From Rhizaria sp. SCN 62-66 (taxonomy: Eukaryota): 54,550 nt of DNA. The notes under the pieces are model-generated. The model was not told the DNA's origin and ran no database searches. It saw only the letters and a list, made by a program, of their open reading frames with translations. Positions 35,834 to 48,300 of the stretch are shown here, piece by piece. Numbering within the stretch: position 1 is the stretch's first letter; every line of letters begins with the position of its first letter. Location of the stretch: the NCBI GenBank assembly GCA_001724265.1, contig MEDY01000076.1, positions 124,001 to 178,550 on the forward strand. The letters are read 5' to 3'. The position numbers and the translations under genes were made by a program.

Positions 35834-37585
35834 ATGGCTCCGCTGGCGTCCCTCTCGAGCCCGTCTGCCACTGCTACTCGGTGCAGCAGCAGCAGCAAGT
35901 GCGCGCAGAACAACAACGGAAGCTCTCGCTCGCTTCTCTTTTCTTTTTTTCTCATCTGCGTCCTTTCCCTGCTCTCTAGCTCAGCTGTCTACGCCAAGTT
36001 TGTCACCGGCGTCGCCCACCTGCGCAGCGAGGACACCGAGTGGTACCTCGGCAAGTTCGCCTTTGCGGCCGACGTCGAGGGCGACATCTCGGGCACGCTC
36101 GCCCCGACCGAGCGCCACTACTTCGACAACCGGCCGCACGCGCTCATGGTCTCGCTGTATGACGACGTTGCCTGGGCGCGCCTTGCGCAGCTCAACGCGC
36201 GCGGCGCGCTCTGCTCTGAGCGCGCCAACCTGGCCGACCGGCACCTGCGGCTGTCGGCGCGACCGCCGTCTTACCCGCGCGAAAGGGAAACGATCACGTT
36301 TCACTCCAAGATCCCCGCGCGCAAGGACACGCACTACACATACGCGCTGCTGCACGACTGCGCGCTTGAAGACTACCCGGCCAAGCCGCCGCCGCTGGCG
36401 TACGACGTCACGTTCCTCAACGGCGAGTCCCACCTGCCCGCGGACGAGGAGCACATGCGGCCTGTGCTGCTCGTCGTGCTCCTGATCATGCTGTTCGCGG
36501 CCGTCGTCTACGGCACGCAGCTGCGCGCGCAGCAGCAGCAATTCCAGCAGGTCCACCTCTCGGCGCTGCTGCTCGGCCTCGCGTTTATCCTGCAAATCAT
36601 CGCGCTTCTTGCGCAAATCGCGCACATTAGCCGCTACATCGAGGACGGCATGGGCTTCAAGCTCCGTTTCACCTGGGTCGCGCTCGACTTTCTCTCGGAG
36701 ATCACGCAGCTTTTCTCCGAGCTCGTCGTCGCGTTCGTTCTCGTGTGTCTCGCGGCAGGCTGGACGCTCTCGGACTCGTTCCACATCCAGCGCATCATCT
36801 TCGACAAGCGCGCCATGTCGCTGCTGTTTCTGCTTACCGGACTGCACCTGTACCTGCAGTACAAGGGCCGCGTGTACGAGAGCGACTTCAACCACTTCCA
36901 CGACTTCGATCACTGGCCCGGACTCGCGCTCATAGCGCTCCGCGTGCTGCTGTGCATCGTCTTTTGGCTCGGCATGAGCACGTCGTACGGCATCATGCCC
37001 GACTGGGTCCGCCGCTCGCGCGTCTACGTCGAGGTCTTCACCGTGCTGGGCGTTTTTAGCAAGCAGCAGCGCGCCGCCGCCATCGCGTCCGCGACCTCGA
37101 ACGCCTTCTCCCCCACCGCACCTGCCGCCGGTGGCGCCACTGGCTCCAGCGGGCTCAACCCCTTCGGCGAGCGTGTCCGCGTCGGCGAGCAGCAGCAGCA
37201 GCAGCAGCAGCAGCCGCTCATGGGTTCCTCCTCCCTGGGCAGCGGCGGCGGTATGGGCTCGGTTGGCGCCAGCGAGGGCTTCGTGAAGCACTCGGACCCC
37301 GCGATTGTTGCTCTGTTGCGGCAGATTCTCTTCATCGGCACTGCGTGGTTCCTCTCGTTCCCGGTGTCGACCGCGATCTCGCTCGTCATGGCGCCCGCAT
37401 CACGCCGCGTGCTCATCATCAGCTGCTCCTTGTTCGCGCAGCTCGGCGTGCTCCTCTTCCTGCTCTACTCGTTCCTGTGGTCCACGAGCCGCTTCTACGC
37501 GCACTCGTCGCTGCGCAACATGGGCACGATGTTCTCCGCGGCCGGCACGGGCGGCAACTTCATCCGCAAGGCCGCGCTTGACTAA
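35834..37585 (+). CDS. GPR180/TMEM145-like (GOLD domain + seven-transmembrane) protein, ~583 aa
   Basis: Hydrophobic leader, WYLGKFAF, lumenal domain ending YDVTFLNGESHLPADE, about 7 hydrophobic helices, HISRYIEDGMG, LVCLAAGWTL and FHDFDHWPGLALIALR. Intronless; stop TAA. Family recognised from memory of motifs, not a search. Confidence 0.78.
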   Translation: MAPLASLSSPSATATRCSSSSKCAQNNNGSSRSLLFSFFLICVLSLLSSSAVYAKFVTGVAHLRSEDTEWYLGKFAFAADVEGDISGTLAPTERHYFDNRPHALMVSLYDDVAWARLAQLNARGALCSERANLADRHLRLSARPPSYPRERETITFHSKIPARKDTHYTYALLHDCALEDYPAKPPPLAYDVTFLNGESHLPADEEHMRPVLLVVLLIMLFAAVVYGTQLRAQQQQFQQVHLSALLLGLAFILQIIALLAQIAHISRYIEDGMGFKLRFTWVALDFLSEITQLFSELVVAFVLVCLAAGWTLSDSFHIQRIIFDKRAMSLLFLLTGLHLYLQYKGRVYESDFNHFHDFDHWPGLALIALRVLLCIVFWLGMSTSYGIMPDWVRRSRVYVEVFTVLGVFSKQQRAAAIASATSNAFSPTAPAAGGATGSSGLNPFGERVRVGEQQQQQQQQPLMGSSSLGSGGGMGSVGASEGFVKHSDPAIVALLRQILFIGTAWFLSFPVSTAISLVMAPASRRVLIISCSLFAQLGVLLFLLYSFLWSTSRFYAHSSLRNMGTMFSAAGTGGNFIRKAALD

Positions 37586-38021
37586 AAGCAAAAGGGCAGG
37601 AAACAATCACGTGCGATTGCAATCCAACGTGATGGCTCTCACGCACTCGCACGCGTTTACCATTAGACGCGAACGGTGTGAATTTGTTATTATACGACTT
37701 ACTTAGTGATATTATGGGGACATTTTAGAAATACAATAGTATTTGGAAAAAAATTGGTGCAGGATCATGTTTCAAACTTATATTTTACAATTTTATTTAA
37801 ACATACTGTACCACCAACCGAAACAACGAAATAAAAAAGTTGGCCCAAGCATCTTTCTTTTCGTCAACATGCTCTTTTTGTCACATTGACAAATCCGCAC
37901 ATACACACGTGTCTTCTGAACTTTACATATATCTACGTGTGTTAAAGAGTGTTATTGATAAATCCCCCCTGACTCTAGCTCGCTCTCCGTCCACGCGCCC
38001 AGTCAATGCAGTCGATTGCAA

Positions 38022-41000
38022 TCAATCACGGTACTTGCCGCGCGCGCCCTTGCTGCTGCGGCAGCAGATCTTCGCGCAGACGCCGCCGCCGTTGCGGCTG
38101 CCGGCGCCGTCGCCGAGCCCGAGCCCCTCAACGGCGTCGTTGCCTGCCGCGAGCATGTAGTCGGCCGCGTCATCGATCTGCTTCGAGCCCGACGACCCGC
38201 CGCGCGCGCGCAGGAAGACGAGATAGACGCAGAAGACGACGAAGAGCACGAAGAAGACGAGCTCGACGTAGTGCACGACGCCGCGCAAGCGCGTCTTGTT
38301 CTCGTACTGGCGGAACGCGGCGGTGTAGCGACCTGTGCTGTCGACGTCGGTGGAGCCGCGCGAGGCGACGGTGCTCTCCTCTTCGTCGTCGTCGTCGTCG
38401 TCCTCGACGGACACGCCCGCGGCCGCGACGCGCTTGACGTCGCCGGCGTCCTTGCCCGCGCCGCCGGCCTTGTGCCACGTGATGTTCTTGTGGCCGGGAC
38501 CGGCGGGCACGGCGTCAGCGTCGCCCGCGCCGCCGACCGCGGCCAGCGTGGCGCCGATGATGCGCTCGACGATGCTCTCGCCCTGCGCGTCGGCGTCAGC
38601 CTCCTCGTTGGCGCAGACGAGCACGGGGCGCACGCGGCGCACGGCGGAGCGGAAGATGGCCTCCATGGCGGCGACGTCATGGCGCGCCGAGATGGCGTAG
38701 TAGAGCCCGTCACTGTAGCTGTTAAGCGAGGCGTGGTTCTCCGCCTTCTGCATCTTGAACTGCAGCAGATTGAACCGCTGATTGAACTTCTTGAACTCTG
38801 TGGCGTCGAGCAGTTCGCGCGCGTCCTTGCGCAGGCGCAGCATGGTACTCAGCAGCGTCTTGAGGTTCGAGATGACAGCGTAGGCCTCGCTGAGCAGCAC
38901 GTTGCGGTGCGCTGCGTCCTTGAGCCCGAAGTGCGAGTCTAGCCCCTGCGCAAAGTGGCCGTAGGGAGTCATGCCCACAGTCCACATGTGCGCCAGCTCC
39001 GTCGAGTTCGACGACGGGTTATATCCGACACCCGACGGAGCGACGCCAAACAGAGTAGAGAGCAGGGAGCCCAGCAGGGCTCGGGACGCGTCGGAAGGGT
39101 CCGTCTTCATGGTCTGGCCGTTGCACACGGCGTCCACCGTTGTCATCTCAGCGTGCGTCTGCACGCCCACAACAACGTCCTGTTTGATTTAACAAAATGA
39201 AACAATTGAAAATATATATGAGTGTTTGATCGTGAGAAAAGGCGAATAAATAGTTAAATATAGTAAATACGTCTAAATTATGAATATGACTCAAAATCAA
39301 AACGATCTAGTCGAGATATCGACTTTGGCGCAAAGACATACTTGGAAACCGACGGCCTGATGGAGGCGGTCGAAGAGGAGGGGCTCCTGCGTAGCTAAAT
39401 CAAACACGAACGCGTTGACGACGCGGATCGACGACGCGGCCTCCTGCGGCGAGATGAACGTTGCCTTGCTCGCCTTGACGGTCTCGGCCTCGACAGTGAC
39501 GGTGCTGTCCGCCGCAGAGGAGTCGTGGCCGTCCTCCTGCTCACGCGCGCTCGCGGCCTTCTTCCGGCCGTTGGCGCCCTTGGTGGTGGCCTTGATTGCG
39601 TTCGTGGTGGCGGCCGAGGCGGCGCTGTTGCTCTTGGCGGTGAGCCGCATGGTCTCCTTGACGACGCCTGACCGCAGGTTCCAGAACCCACGCTCGAAAT
39701 GCTCCAGCCAGTCGTGCATCGCGTCGCTGTCCAGGTACTCGTGGATCTTGGTCCGCATGCCGCTGGCGCCGCTCGATGCCGCGTCGGCCGAGGTCATGAC
39801 GTTGCTCGTGTATGTCTTGAGCGAATGCGTGTACGCGGCGACGCAGAGCTCGCACTGCTCAAACTGCACGTGGCTCACGTCGACCTTGACGATCTGACCG
39901 GGCAGCGCGTGCTGCTGCAGACTGGCCGTGAGCGCCTTCCAACGCGTCATCTCCTCCACGACGGCCAGCTCGTGGTCGTAGATCACGATCAGGTTCACCA
40001 GCACCGTGCGGTAGAACGGCACGGGAAAGCGCCACACCGGAGGCAGGATGAGCGCCTGCGCCGTGGCGCGAACGGACTGGGCCAGCTCGGCCATGAACTC
40101 GTGCTTCTTGGCCGCGTAGTCGCGCTTCACCAGCTCCATGGGCTCCAGCGCCACACCGCCGTTGTTGCGCATGCTGTTGCGCTGCGCCAGCGCGCGCGCC
40201 TCGGCGACGGCGCGCGTCTTGCTGGCGGCGCGGAAGCCGCGGAGCGCGTCACCCATGCCCGTCACGCCAGGGTCGGCCTTGGCGTCGGGCCCGGTGCCGG
40301 AGAGAACGCCGCGCGCGACCTTGGCGTCGACCTCGGCGGCCTCGCCCAGCGCCTGGTCCGTAAAGACGCTGGCCTCGAGGTCGTGGCGGCGGAAGAGGCG
40401 GTCCAGGCGCGGCAGCGACGACTCGGCGAAGATGCCGTCGCCGGAGGCTTGGGGGCCGTAGGTGACGGGCCCGGCGGTGAGGTCGAGGAAGGCGAAGCGG
40501 TGCGTCGAAGCCCAGACCACGGCCTCGCACTGCGGGCGGCGCCGCAGCGTCGGGTCCGCCGTGCGCTGCTGCTCGAGGCGCGCGTGCTGCGAGTAGACGT
40601 ACCGCGCGGGTACGGGTCCGGACGCGGTGCCCGGCGCGGCGGGCGCGGTGACCGTAGGCGCCGTGGGGGACATCATGTAGATAGTGTAGCTGACCGAGTT
40701 GGCCTTAAAGTCCTCCGCGAGCACGCTCTCGACGTCCTCGTGTGGGATGTGGTACCAGATCTTGTCCGCGGTCGGCATCGTCGCCTGCGAGCGCGCGGGC
40801 GCGGCGGCGCGCTGGGCAGTGTGCGTGGCCGCCTGCTGCGTCACGGCGGCCTGCACGGCGGCGGCAACGCGCGCGTGCAGCGCGGGTGGCGCGTGGCGGA
40901 CGCGGAAGAGCACCTTCTGGCGCACGGGCAACTGGTGGCCGCCGCCGACGGTGGCGCTGGCGAGGAGGTCGTCGCCGTCGCCACCGTTGGTGTTGCTCGC

Positions 41001-41558
41001 GCTGGCGTCAGAAGCGCCACCCTCGGAGGACAAATCGCCTTCGAGCGCAATGTCAACGTAATTGTCGTCGCGGCCGTTAACGTCGTCGTTGTCGGCGGAG
41101 CCCGCGCCGCCGCCCGCGCCCGCGCCGCTGTAGGAGGACGACGGGGAGATGACGTATGTGTAGGCGTTGAGGTTGATGCCCGAGGCGTCCAGGAAGCGCT
41201 GCACGTCCGTATCGGACAGAGGGAACGAGCGGTAGCCATCCTGCTGGAAGCCTATGAGGCGCACCTCGACGAAGACGACGGTGCTGAACTTGGTCGCGTT
41301 CTTGGCGCGCGTGTAAAATGTCATGCTGGTGTCGTCGTGCGACCAGTCAGACGCGAGCTCCTGCGGCGTCAGTGTGTCGAACCAGGCGTCGCGCGTCTTG
41401 GAAAGAAGCACAGAGCGGTCGGAAAAGCTGTGGAACTTGTCCTGTGCGGACACGCCAGCGGGGAAAATCGCGAACACCGTGCACAGCAACGTCACGAGCA
41501 GGAGCAGGCATGACGGCGCTGTGAAGCGAGCGCGCGGGGGCGCAGCGAAGAAAGGCAT
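38022..41558 (-). CDS. Conserved uncharacterised type-I membrane protein, similar to Arabidopsis At3g28720-like proteins; complement(join(38022..39179,39342..41558)), ~1124 aa
   Basis: Signal peptide; RFAFLDLTAGPVTYGPQASGDGI; LLFDRLHQAVGFQ|DVVVGVQT across the intron (GTATGT...AACAG, 39180..39341); WTVGMTPYGHF and KDAAHRNVLL; single C-terminal TM helix. Stop TGA. Family assignment is from recalled motif similarity. Confidence 0.75.
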
Positions 41559-42347
41559 TGTTGTGGCTCAGAGACGCTAACTAAAACTGGAGCAATAGCA
41601 ACGTTCGTAGCGTCCGCTGGACCGGCGAGAGCGAGAGACAACTGGGACGTTGTCGTCGTCGACTGTCGAGGGGAAGCGAAACAGAGAGAAGCGAGAGCGA
41701 AGAGGAGCAGAAAGGGGACCAGATATCTGCCCGCAAAGGCTGGGTCTGCGCAAAATTAGAGACGCGGCAAGTAGAAAAGAAGCAAGATGAAGTGAGATGT
41801 GACATCCAGAACACTATACACGGAAAATAGATACCGCACGACATCGTCGAATGATGTCCCAAGATAGCCCCAGAGGAGGCTGGGACCGCTGACGCGAGAG
41901 TCAGTGAGCCAAGTGACCGTGAGCAGCCAGCTAGCTCGCCCGCCAAGAGAAGAGTTGATTGAGCGGGAAAAAAGGGCGACGAATCTCGGTTTTGCGCATG
42001 AGATATATCGATGGCTGTGACATCAAAATGATATTTGAGTTTTGCTTAAGACTGTCCAAGAGCTTCTTTATGGGCACTTTTAAAATTAAACGCGGATATT
42101 GTTTGTCTGCCCCTCAGTTTCAAACCTCAACAACGTCACCATGATGACAGTCCAACACCCATTCCCGCCGCATTTTGGTCATGTCCACACTCACATCACC
42201 ACTATTTTTCTTTGCAACATTGCACTCCCGGCATTCGTGTGTACGTTCTCAGGGCTTCTTTTTTTAGTACGCTTTTTTAGTCAGCCAGGGCTCCGCAAAA
42301 CGCATCCGGGCGCACGGCCCCCCCTAGTTTCTCCCAGATCGCGCCCG

Positions 42348-45300
42348 ATGAGCACCCCTTTGCGCTCCGGGCTCCCCGCGGCCCCAGTCCACGGCCCGCC
42401 GCTGCCGCCGGCGTCCGACGCCACCGTACCCTCTGCTTTCTTCCCGCAGTCCACATTTGCCGCGTCTTCGTCCTCGTTCCCCGCGGCAGCGCTGCCCACC
42501 TTCAAGCCTTCGCTCTCTCACGATGGCTCTGCCGCGCCCGCCCCCGCCGCCGGCGCCGCTGCCGCCCATGGTTCGGCCTCTGCGTTTGCTGCCTTTGCGC
42601 CATTTGCGTCGCTTGCCGCCGCAGCGGGGCCTGACGCGTTTAAGATGGCCCCCGCGCCCTTCGGCAGCCCCCACCCCGGCCCCCACCCCAGCGGCCACCA
42701 GGGCTACACTGGCTACACGGGCGCCACTGCGAACAGCGCGTTCTGCAACCCCGCGATCGCCAAGCCCGTCGCCACCGCGTGGGGCGCCGCGGCCCACGCC
42801 GCCGTGACGCCCGCGGCCGCGCACCGCGCGGTGCAGGCCCTCGGCACGGGCACGACGGCCGACACCAGCCCGTTTGCGGGCAACACCACCGCGGCCAACA
42901 CCACCGCGGCCAACACCACCCTCGGCGGTCCCTTCGCCCTCGGCAACCAGAGCAACGCGGCTGCAGCCAGCGCCAACGGCGCCGCCTGGGGGCTCGCGTC
43001 GCCCGCGTCCGCGTTCTCGGGCGCTGGCGCTGGGGCCGGAACCGGGTTCTCTAACGCGTTCGGGTCCCCAGGCCTCGCGTCTCCTGCTGCTGCGGCCTCG
43101 TACGGCAACAACGACAACGACAACGCGGATGTGACGTCGCTGTCAGTGGCCCCTGCGCACCGCAACGCGGCCCGCAATGGACTCGCCCTCAGCAACCGCA
43201 CGGGCAACAAGCAGCAGCAGCGGCAACAGCGGCGGGCGAACGGCGGCGTCGGACGCTACGCCAGCTCTAACAACAATCGCAATATGCACAGCAGCGGTGA
43301 TGATGACGACGACTATGAGGACAATGCGGGCAACAACAACAACAACAGTAATAGCCTGCTCTCGCCCATTGCTCCCTCTGCTGCTGCTGCTGGTGCCCCG
43401 GTCCTTGGCCATAGTCACAGTGGCGGGCCTGCTCCTCAGGGACGTGTGTCAGCTTTCACGGTCAACTCGAAGGCAGCCTTCACGAACGTGGTCAACAGCA
43501 GCAACAGCAACGGCTTTGGCGCCGGTGGCGCGTCTGCGTTCGCCTTCTCGCACACAACACTCGCACACAACACCGGCGCGGGCGCGAATGTCACCAGTGC
43601 AAAGATCGCTGGCGCAGCTGTTGCCGCTCCGTTGGGGCTCGGCGGCCAGGGCCAGAGCCGGGATCAGAACATCGAGTGGCGCTCTCACTCGCACACGCAG
43701 GCGAAGGTGAACACCACCGCCGGCACGGGTGGTAATAACAGAAACGACAACGCCGCGGCCGCGACGGTGAACGCCGACACCGACGGCGGCAACCGGAACC
43801 CGTTTGCCGCGCTGTCCGCTCCAAGCGCTGTGAGTACTCTCGCCCGCAATGTAAGTGGGGCCGACTTTCCTGACCCGTCGCGCCTCCTACTGTTCCGCGA
43901 CGACGACGACGACGATGATGATGATGACCGCGTTGACGCGGGCAAGCTTGCGAGCAACGGCGTTGTGACCGGCAACACGATTGGTGGCCGCTTCGGCCAG
44001 AGCAGCTTTATGGCAAAGCAGCAGCAGCAGCAGCAGCAGCAATCAGGTGCCCACGGCCACTCCGCCACTGCCACTGCGGCTGCTGCTGTTGGTGCTGTCG
44101 GTGCCCCGGTGGACCTGGACTGCTCATTCGCGTCTTCGGTCGCCGCCTCGGACGCTGCTCCCGCACACAACGCCGCCGACATGAGCCACAGCAACAACGC
44201 CACCAACGACACGGTGATCATCGACCGCAACGGCACCGGCAACGGTACTGGCGGCAACGAGCAGTGCGACTTCGATGACGACGACGGCGGCTTCGGCGGG
44301 GGCGTGTTCGCGACCGTCAACCTCGCGCACCTCCCTTCGCACTCAAACCACGCCAACGGCAATCCCAACAGCAGCGACAACAGCGTCAACACGAGCACGG
44401 TCGCGGGCCTCCCGGTCATCGGCGCGACCGCGCGTACGCTGTTCAACGGCAACAGCGCTATGCACATGGAGAACGACACCGACAACGGCGATAACGTCGT
44501 CAGCGTCTACAGCCACTCTGGCGCTGCTGCCGGGGCCGCGGCCGGGGCTGGGGCGCAGGGCAACGGCGACGGCGACGGCGACGGCCGCGACCGCGCAGCG
44601 TGCGGTGGCGACGACGACAGCTCCGATGGCTTTGTGATCCGCACCGACCGGCGCATGCTGAACCGCGCCTACTCGCAGGCCTCGTCGTCGACCACCACCA
44701 ACGCCAATGGCAACATGCACGCGAGCGCTGCGAACCCGAATCCGATGTTCGTCTCCGCGTCTGGCTTCACCGGGTTCAGTCCCGCAGCCCACGGCCACTC
44801 GAACCACAGCCTCAGCCAGGCGCGCGCGTCAGGCGCGGCGGGCCAGGGCTACCACGTCTACGATTGGAGCAGCAGCAACAGCGCGAGACGCGGCGTGGGC
44901 GTGGGCGTGGACATCGGCCGCAGCAGCAGCGCGCTGAGCGGCGCGTCGGCCGTGTCATCGCAGCAGCAGCCGCTGGCGCGCGCGCTCGCCTTCAGCGACA
45001 CTGACGGCGACGCCGACGCTGACGCTAAAACCGACGTTGACGGTGATGCTGAGGCCGAGGCTGAGGCTGGAGACAACGGCGTCGGTCGCCTCAACTCGAG
45101 CCGGACTAATGCGGTCGTCAGCGCGGCCGCGAATAACCTCTTTTCCATTAACAGGGGCAACGGCGGTGGCAACAATAATGCATTTGACGCGCGGTCGCCC
45201 CAGGTTTTTTCGGTCCCTGCCAGAGCCCTCTTCCCCCAGCAGTCAACCGCAAGCGCCAACAGCAACGGCAACGGCAACGGCAACATGGCTCACAACGGCG

Positions 45301-48300
45301 GCAACGTCGTCGCCCGCAGCGTCTCCGAGACTCTGAGTGAGCAGTTCACGGCGAGCGTGACCCTCGCCACCAGCGACGCCAGTGACGGCGACCGCGACCG
45401 TGGTGGCGTCATGAGTACGGGAACACGTGGTACACACGCGCATGGGGCGCTGGGCACGCGTGGCCCGCGCATGGCGCCCCGCTCGCCCGCGCGCCCCCGC
45501 CCCGGCAACAACAAGGACCCCTCGTCCCCCGCCGCCGGCAACGGCAACAGCAACAACGGGGTCGGCGCCGCGCTGGGCGGCCAGTCGCACCAGGGCAACG
45601 GCAACGGCGGCGGCGCCAACAGCGGCGGCGGCAGCGGGCACAGGCGCGCAGGCAGCGGCGGGCACGGCAACGGCGACGAGGACGACGACGACGGCGACGA
45701 CAGCGACGACGGCAACGGCGGCGGCGGCAGCAGCGGCAGGCTACGCGGCGGCGCGCACGTGTGCGTGTCCTGCCGCATGCGGCCCGCGCTGCGCGACGGC
45801 GAGCCGTGCGGCGTGTGCAAGCGCCAGAGGCTGCACCGCCTGGCCGTGCAGGCCGCCATGCGCCGCCAGCAAAAGCAGCAGCAGCTACAGCAGCAGCAAC
45901 TCGAGCAACAGGCTTACGAGCAACAGCAAATGCAGGTGGATGGTATGGTGGGCTCTGGGCGGATTGACTTCAGCGCTGGCCGGCTTGACTTCAACACCAT
46001 GGGTCTGCGCTTCCGCGGCCCGGCCGCGCTCAGCGACGACGAGCGTGGCGACGCCTTCGACACCGCCCACGGCCACGGCCACGACGACGACGAGGACGAA
46101 AACGAGGACGAGAACGAAAATGACCGCAGCCACGCGAGCAGCGGCCTCAACACGAGTCTGAACCTGAGTCGCCCGCGCACGCGCTCGCAGTCGCGCGCGC
46201 AATCGCAAACGCGCGTCCGCACCCGCAGCGGCGCGCGCAACAACAATAATAGCAACAACAACAGCAACGCGAACGCTGGCGTCAACACGAGCGGCTCAGC
46301 TTTAGGCGGGCTGTCGTCGCTGGACACGACGCGCGTCAGCCAGGACGACGGCAACCTCAACGCCAGCGCCGGCGGCGGCGGCGGCGGCGGCGGTGGCCAC
46401 GGCCGCCGGGTGAGTCAGGGCCATGGGCAGCTGATGTTCCGCGACTTCCGCGACGGCGAAAGCGACGTAGACGACGGCGGCCACTGCAACGTCACCGGCG
46501 ACATGAAGGCCCTCGTCGTCGCAGACTCCGCCCAGTAGCAACAGCAGCTGCAACAGCAACAGCAAGGTGCTGCCCGGACCGTTACGGTGACCGCCGCCAC
46601 TGCGCCGACTGCCCTCTCGACGCCCACCTCCGCCGAAGCCGAGGCCAATGCCCACGCGCGCGCCCACGGTCACGGCCACGGCCTTAACCTTGGCAGCGTC
46701 GACGGGGACGCCGCGGAGGCCGTTGCGGACGGCCGCGGGCACCGACGCGTGTTCTCGCTCGTAGCCGACAGCAGCATCCCCGCCGGCAGCGGCGCGCCCA
46801 CGCCGCTCGCCTCGGCCACGGCCGCCGCCGCGGTCGCGCGCGCCGCTGCCGCCGCCGGCGTGGTGAGCGCGAGCGACGCGGCGCAGGCCGCAGTCAATAT
46901 CAGCGTGAGCAATATGAGTGCGAACGATGACGAGCTCGAGTGCACGGTCATCGTGCCGCCGATGCTCGACTCGTCTGTCAGCGAGTACAACAACAACTAC
47001 AACCATGCGAACAACAACATGGTGGACTACTACGCGCAGAACATCAGCAACGGCAGCATCAACCACAGCAACGGCGGCTCTGCGATTGCTGCTGACAACG
47101 CTCGCATCGGTGTGAACGTGCCCGTGAAGGCGCGCAACGGCCGCAGTGTGCGCAGCAGTGGCCGCAGCGGTGCTAACAATAACAACAATCACATTGCGAA
47201 CGCGAGTGCGGCCGTCAACACGAGCGCGGGCCAGAGCCACAACGCGAGCGCGGTGCACGGCGGCGGCCGGCGCCACTCGCTGGCGTCGATCCCCGCCGCG
47301 GCCGACTTCACCGAGGCCACCCTCGGCGGCGACGACGACGGCGAGGGCGGTGTGGACGCGACCGCGATGCTGATCATGTACGACGCCGAAGACGCGGCGA
47401 ACCACCACAACATCAGCGGCGGTAGCAACGCGCACGCGCAGTCGGGCACTGGTCACATCGCCGTGCCCGGCGGCGGCAACACTGCCGCGCTGCCGCCGGC
47501 GCAGTTCCACAACACGAGCGCCATCTCCCACAGCAGCAGCAGCAGCAGCAGCACCGCCAACGGCTCCCACGCGGCTGCGACGGCGGCGGCTGTCAACGCC
47601 AACGCCGGCGTGGGCGTGACGCCGTTCGTGCTGCGGACGCGCGGCGCGACGGGCCGGTCTTCCGGCTCCACTGCCTCCGTCGCCCTCAGCGCCGGCTCCG
47701 GCTTCAGCGCCAACTCCGCGGCCGTCGCACACGGCGCAGGCGTCAACGGTGTAGTGAGCGACTACGACGGCGAGTTCGATCCCGCCTTTGCGGCGGCCGC
47801 GCTGGGCCGCTCCGCGCACGTCTCCCTCAACAACACCAACAGCAGCGCCGCCACCGCCGCTCAGAGCCGCGCGGGAGCGCGGGGCGGCCGGCGCGGCGCC
47901 GTCTTGGCGACCCCGCTGACTGGGACCACGCCGCCCGCGCCGCAGTCCGCGAGCGTCGCGGCCGGGCCGCTCGGCCACGGCCACGGGGCGGGGCGCGGCG
48001 GCAACGCGCGCACGAGTGCGTGGGCTGCTGCCAATGGCAACGGCAACCCGACTGCGACTGCGCTGTCCTTCGGCGACTCGGACGCCGAGGCTGGTGGCGC
48101 TGATGGTCACAGCAAGAGAGCGTTTGCCCCGTCGAGTCCCCCGTACGCGGCTGCGGCCTCCGCTGCCGTCGCCGCCGCATCGGCGACTGCCGCTGTGAAC
48201 CATAGACTGAACAACAACGGGTCCTGCGCGATCTCGGCCGCTGTCCCGTACACGCTCACGTCCGACGGCTTCGAGCCCCCGGTCGGCCAGGTCGTCAGCA

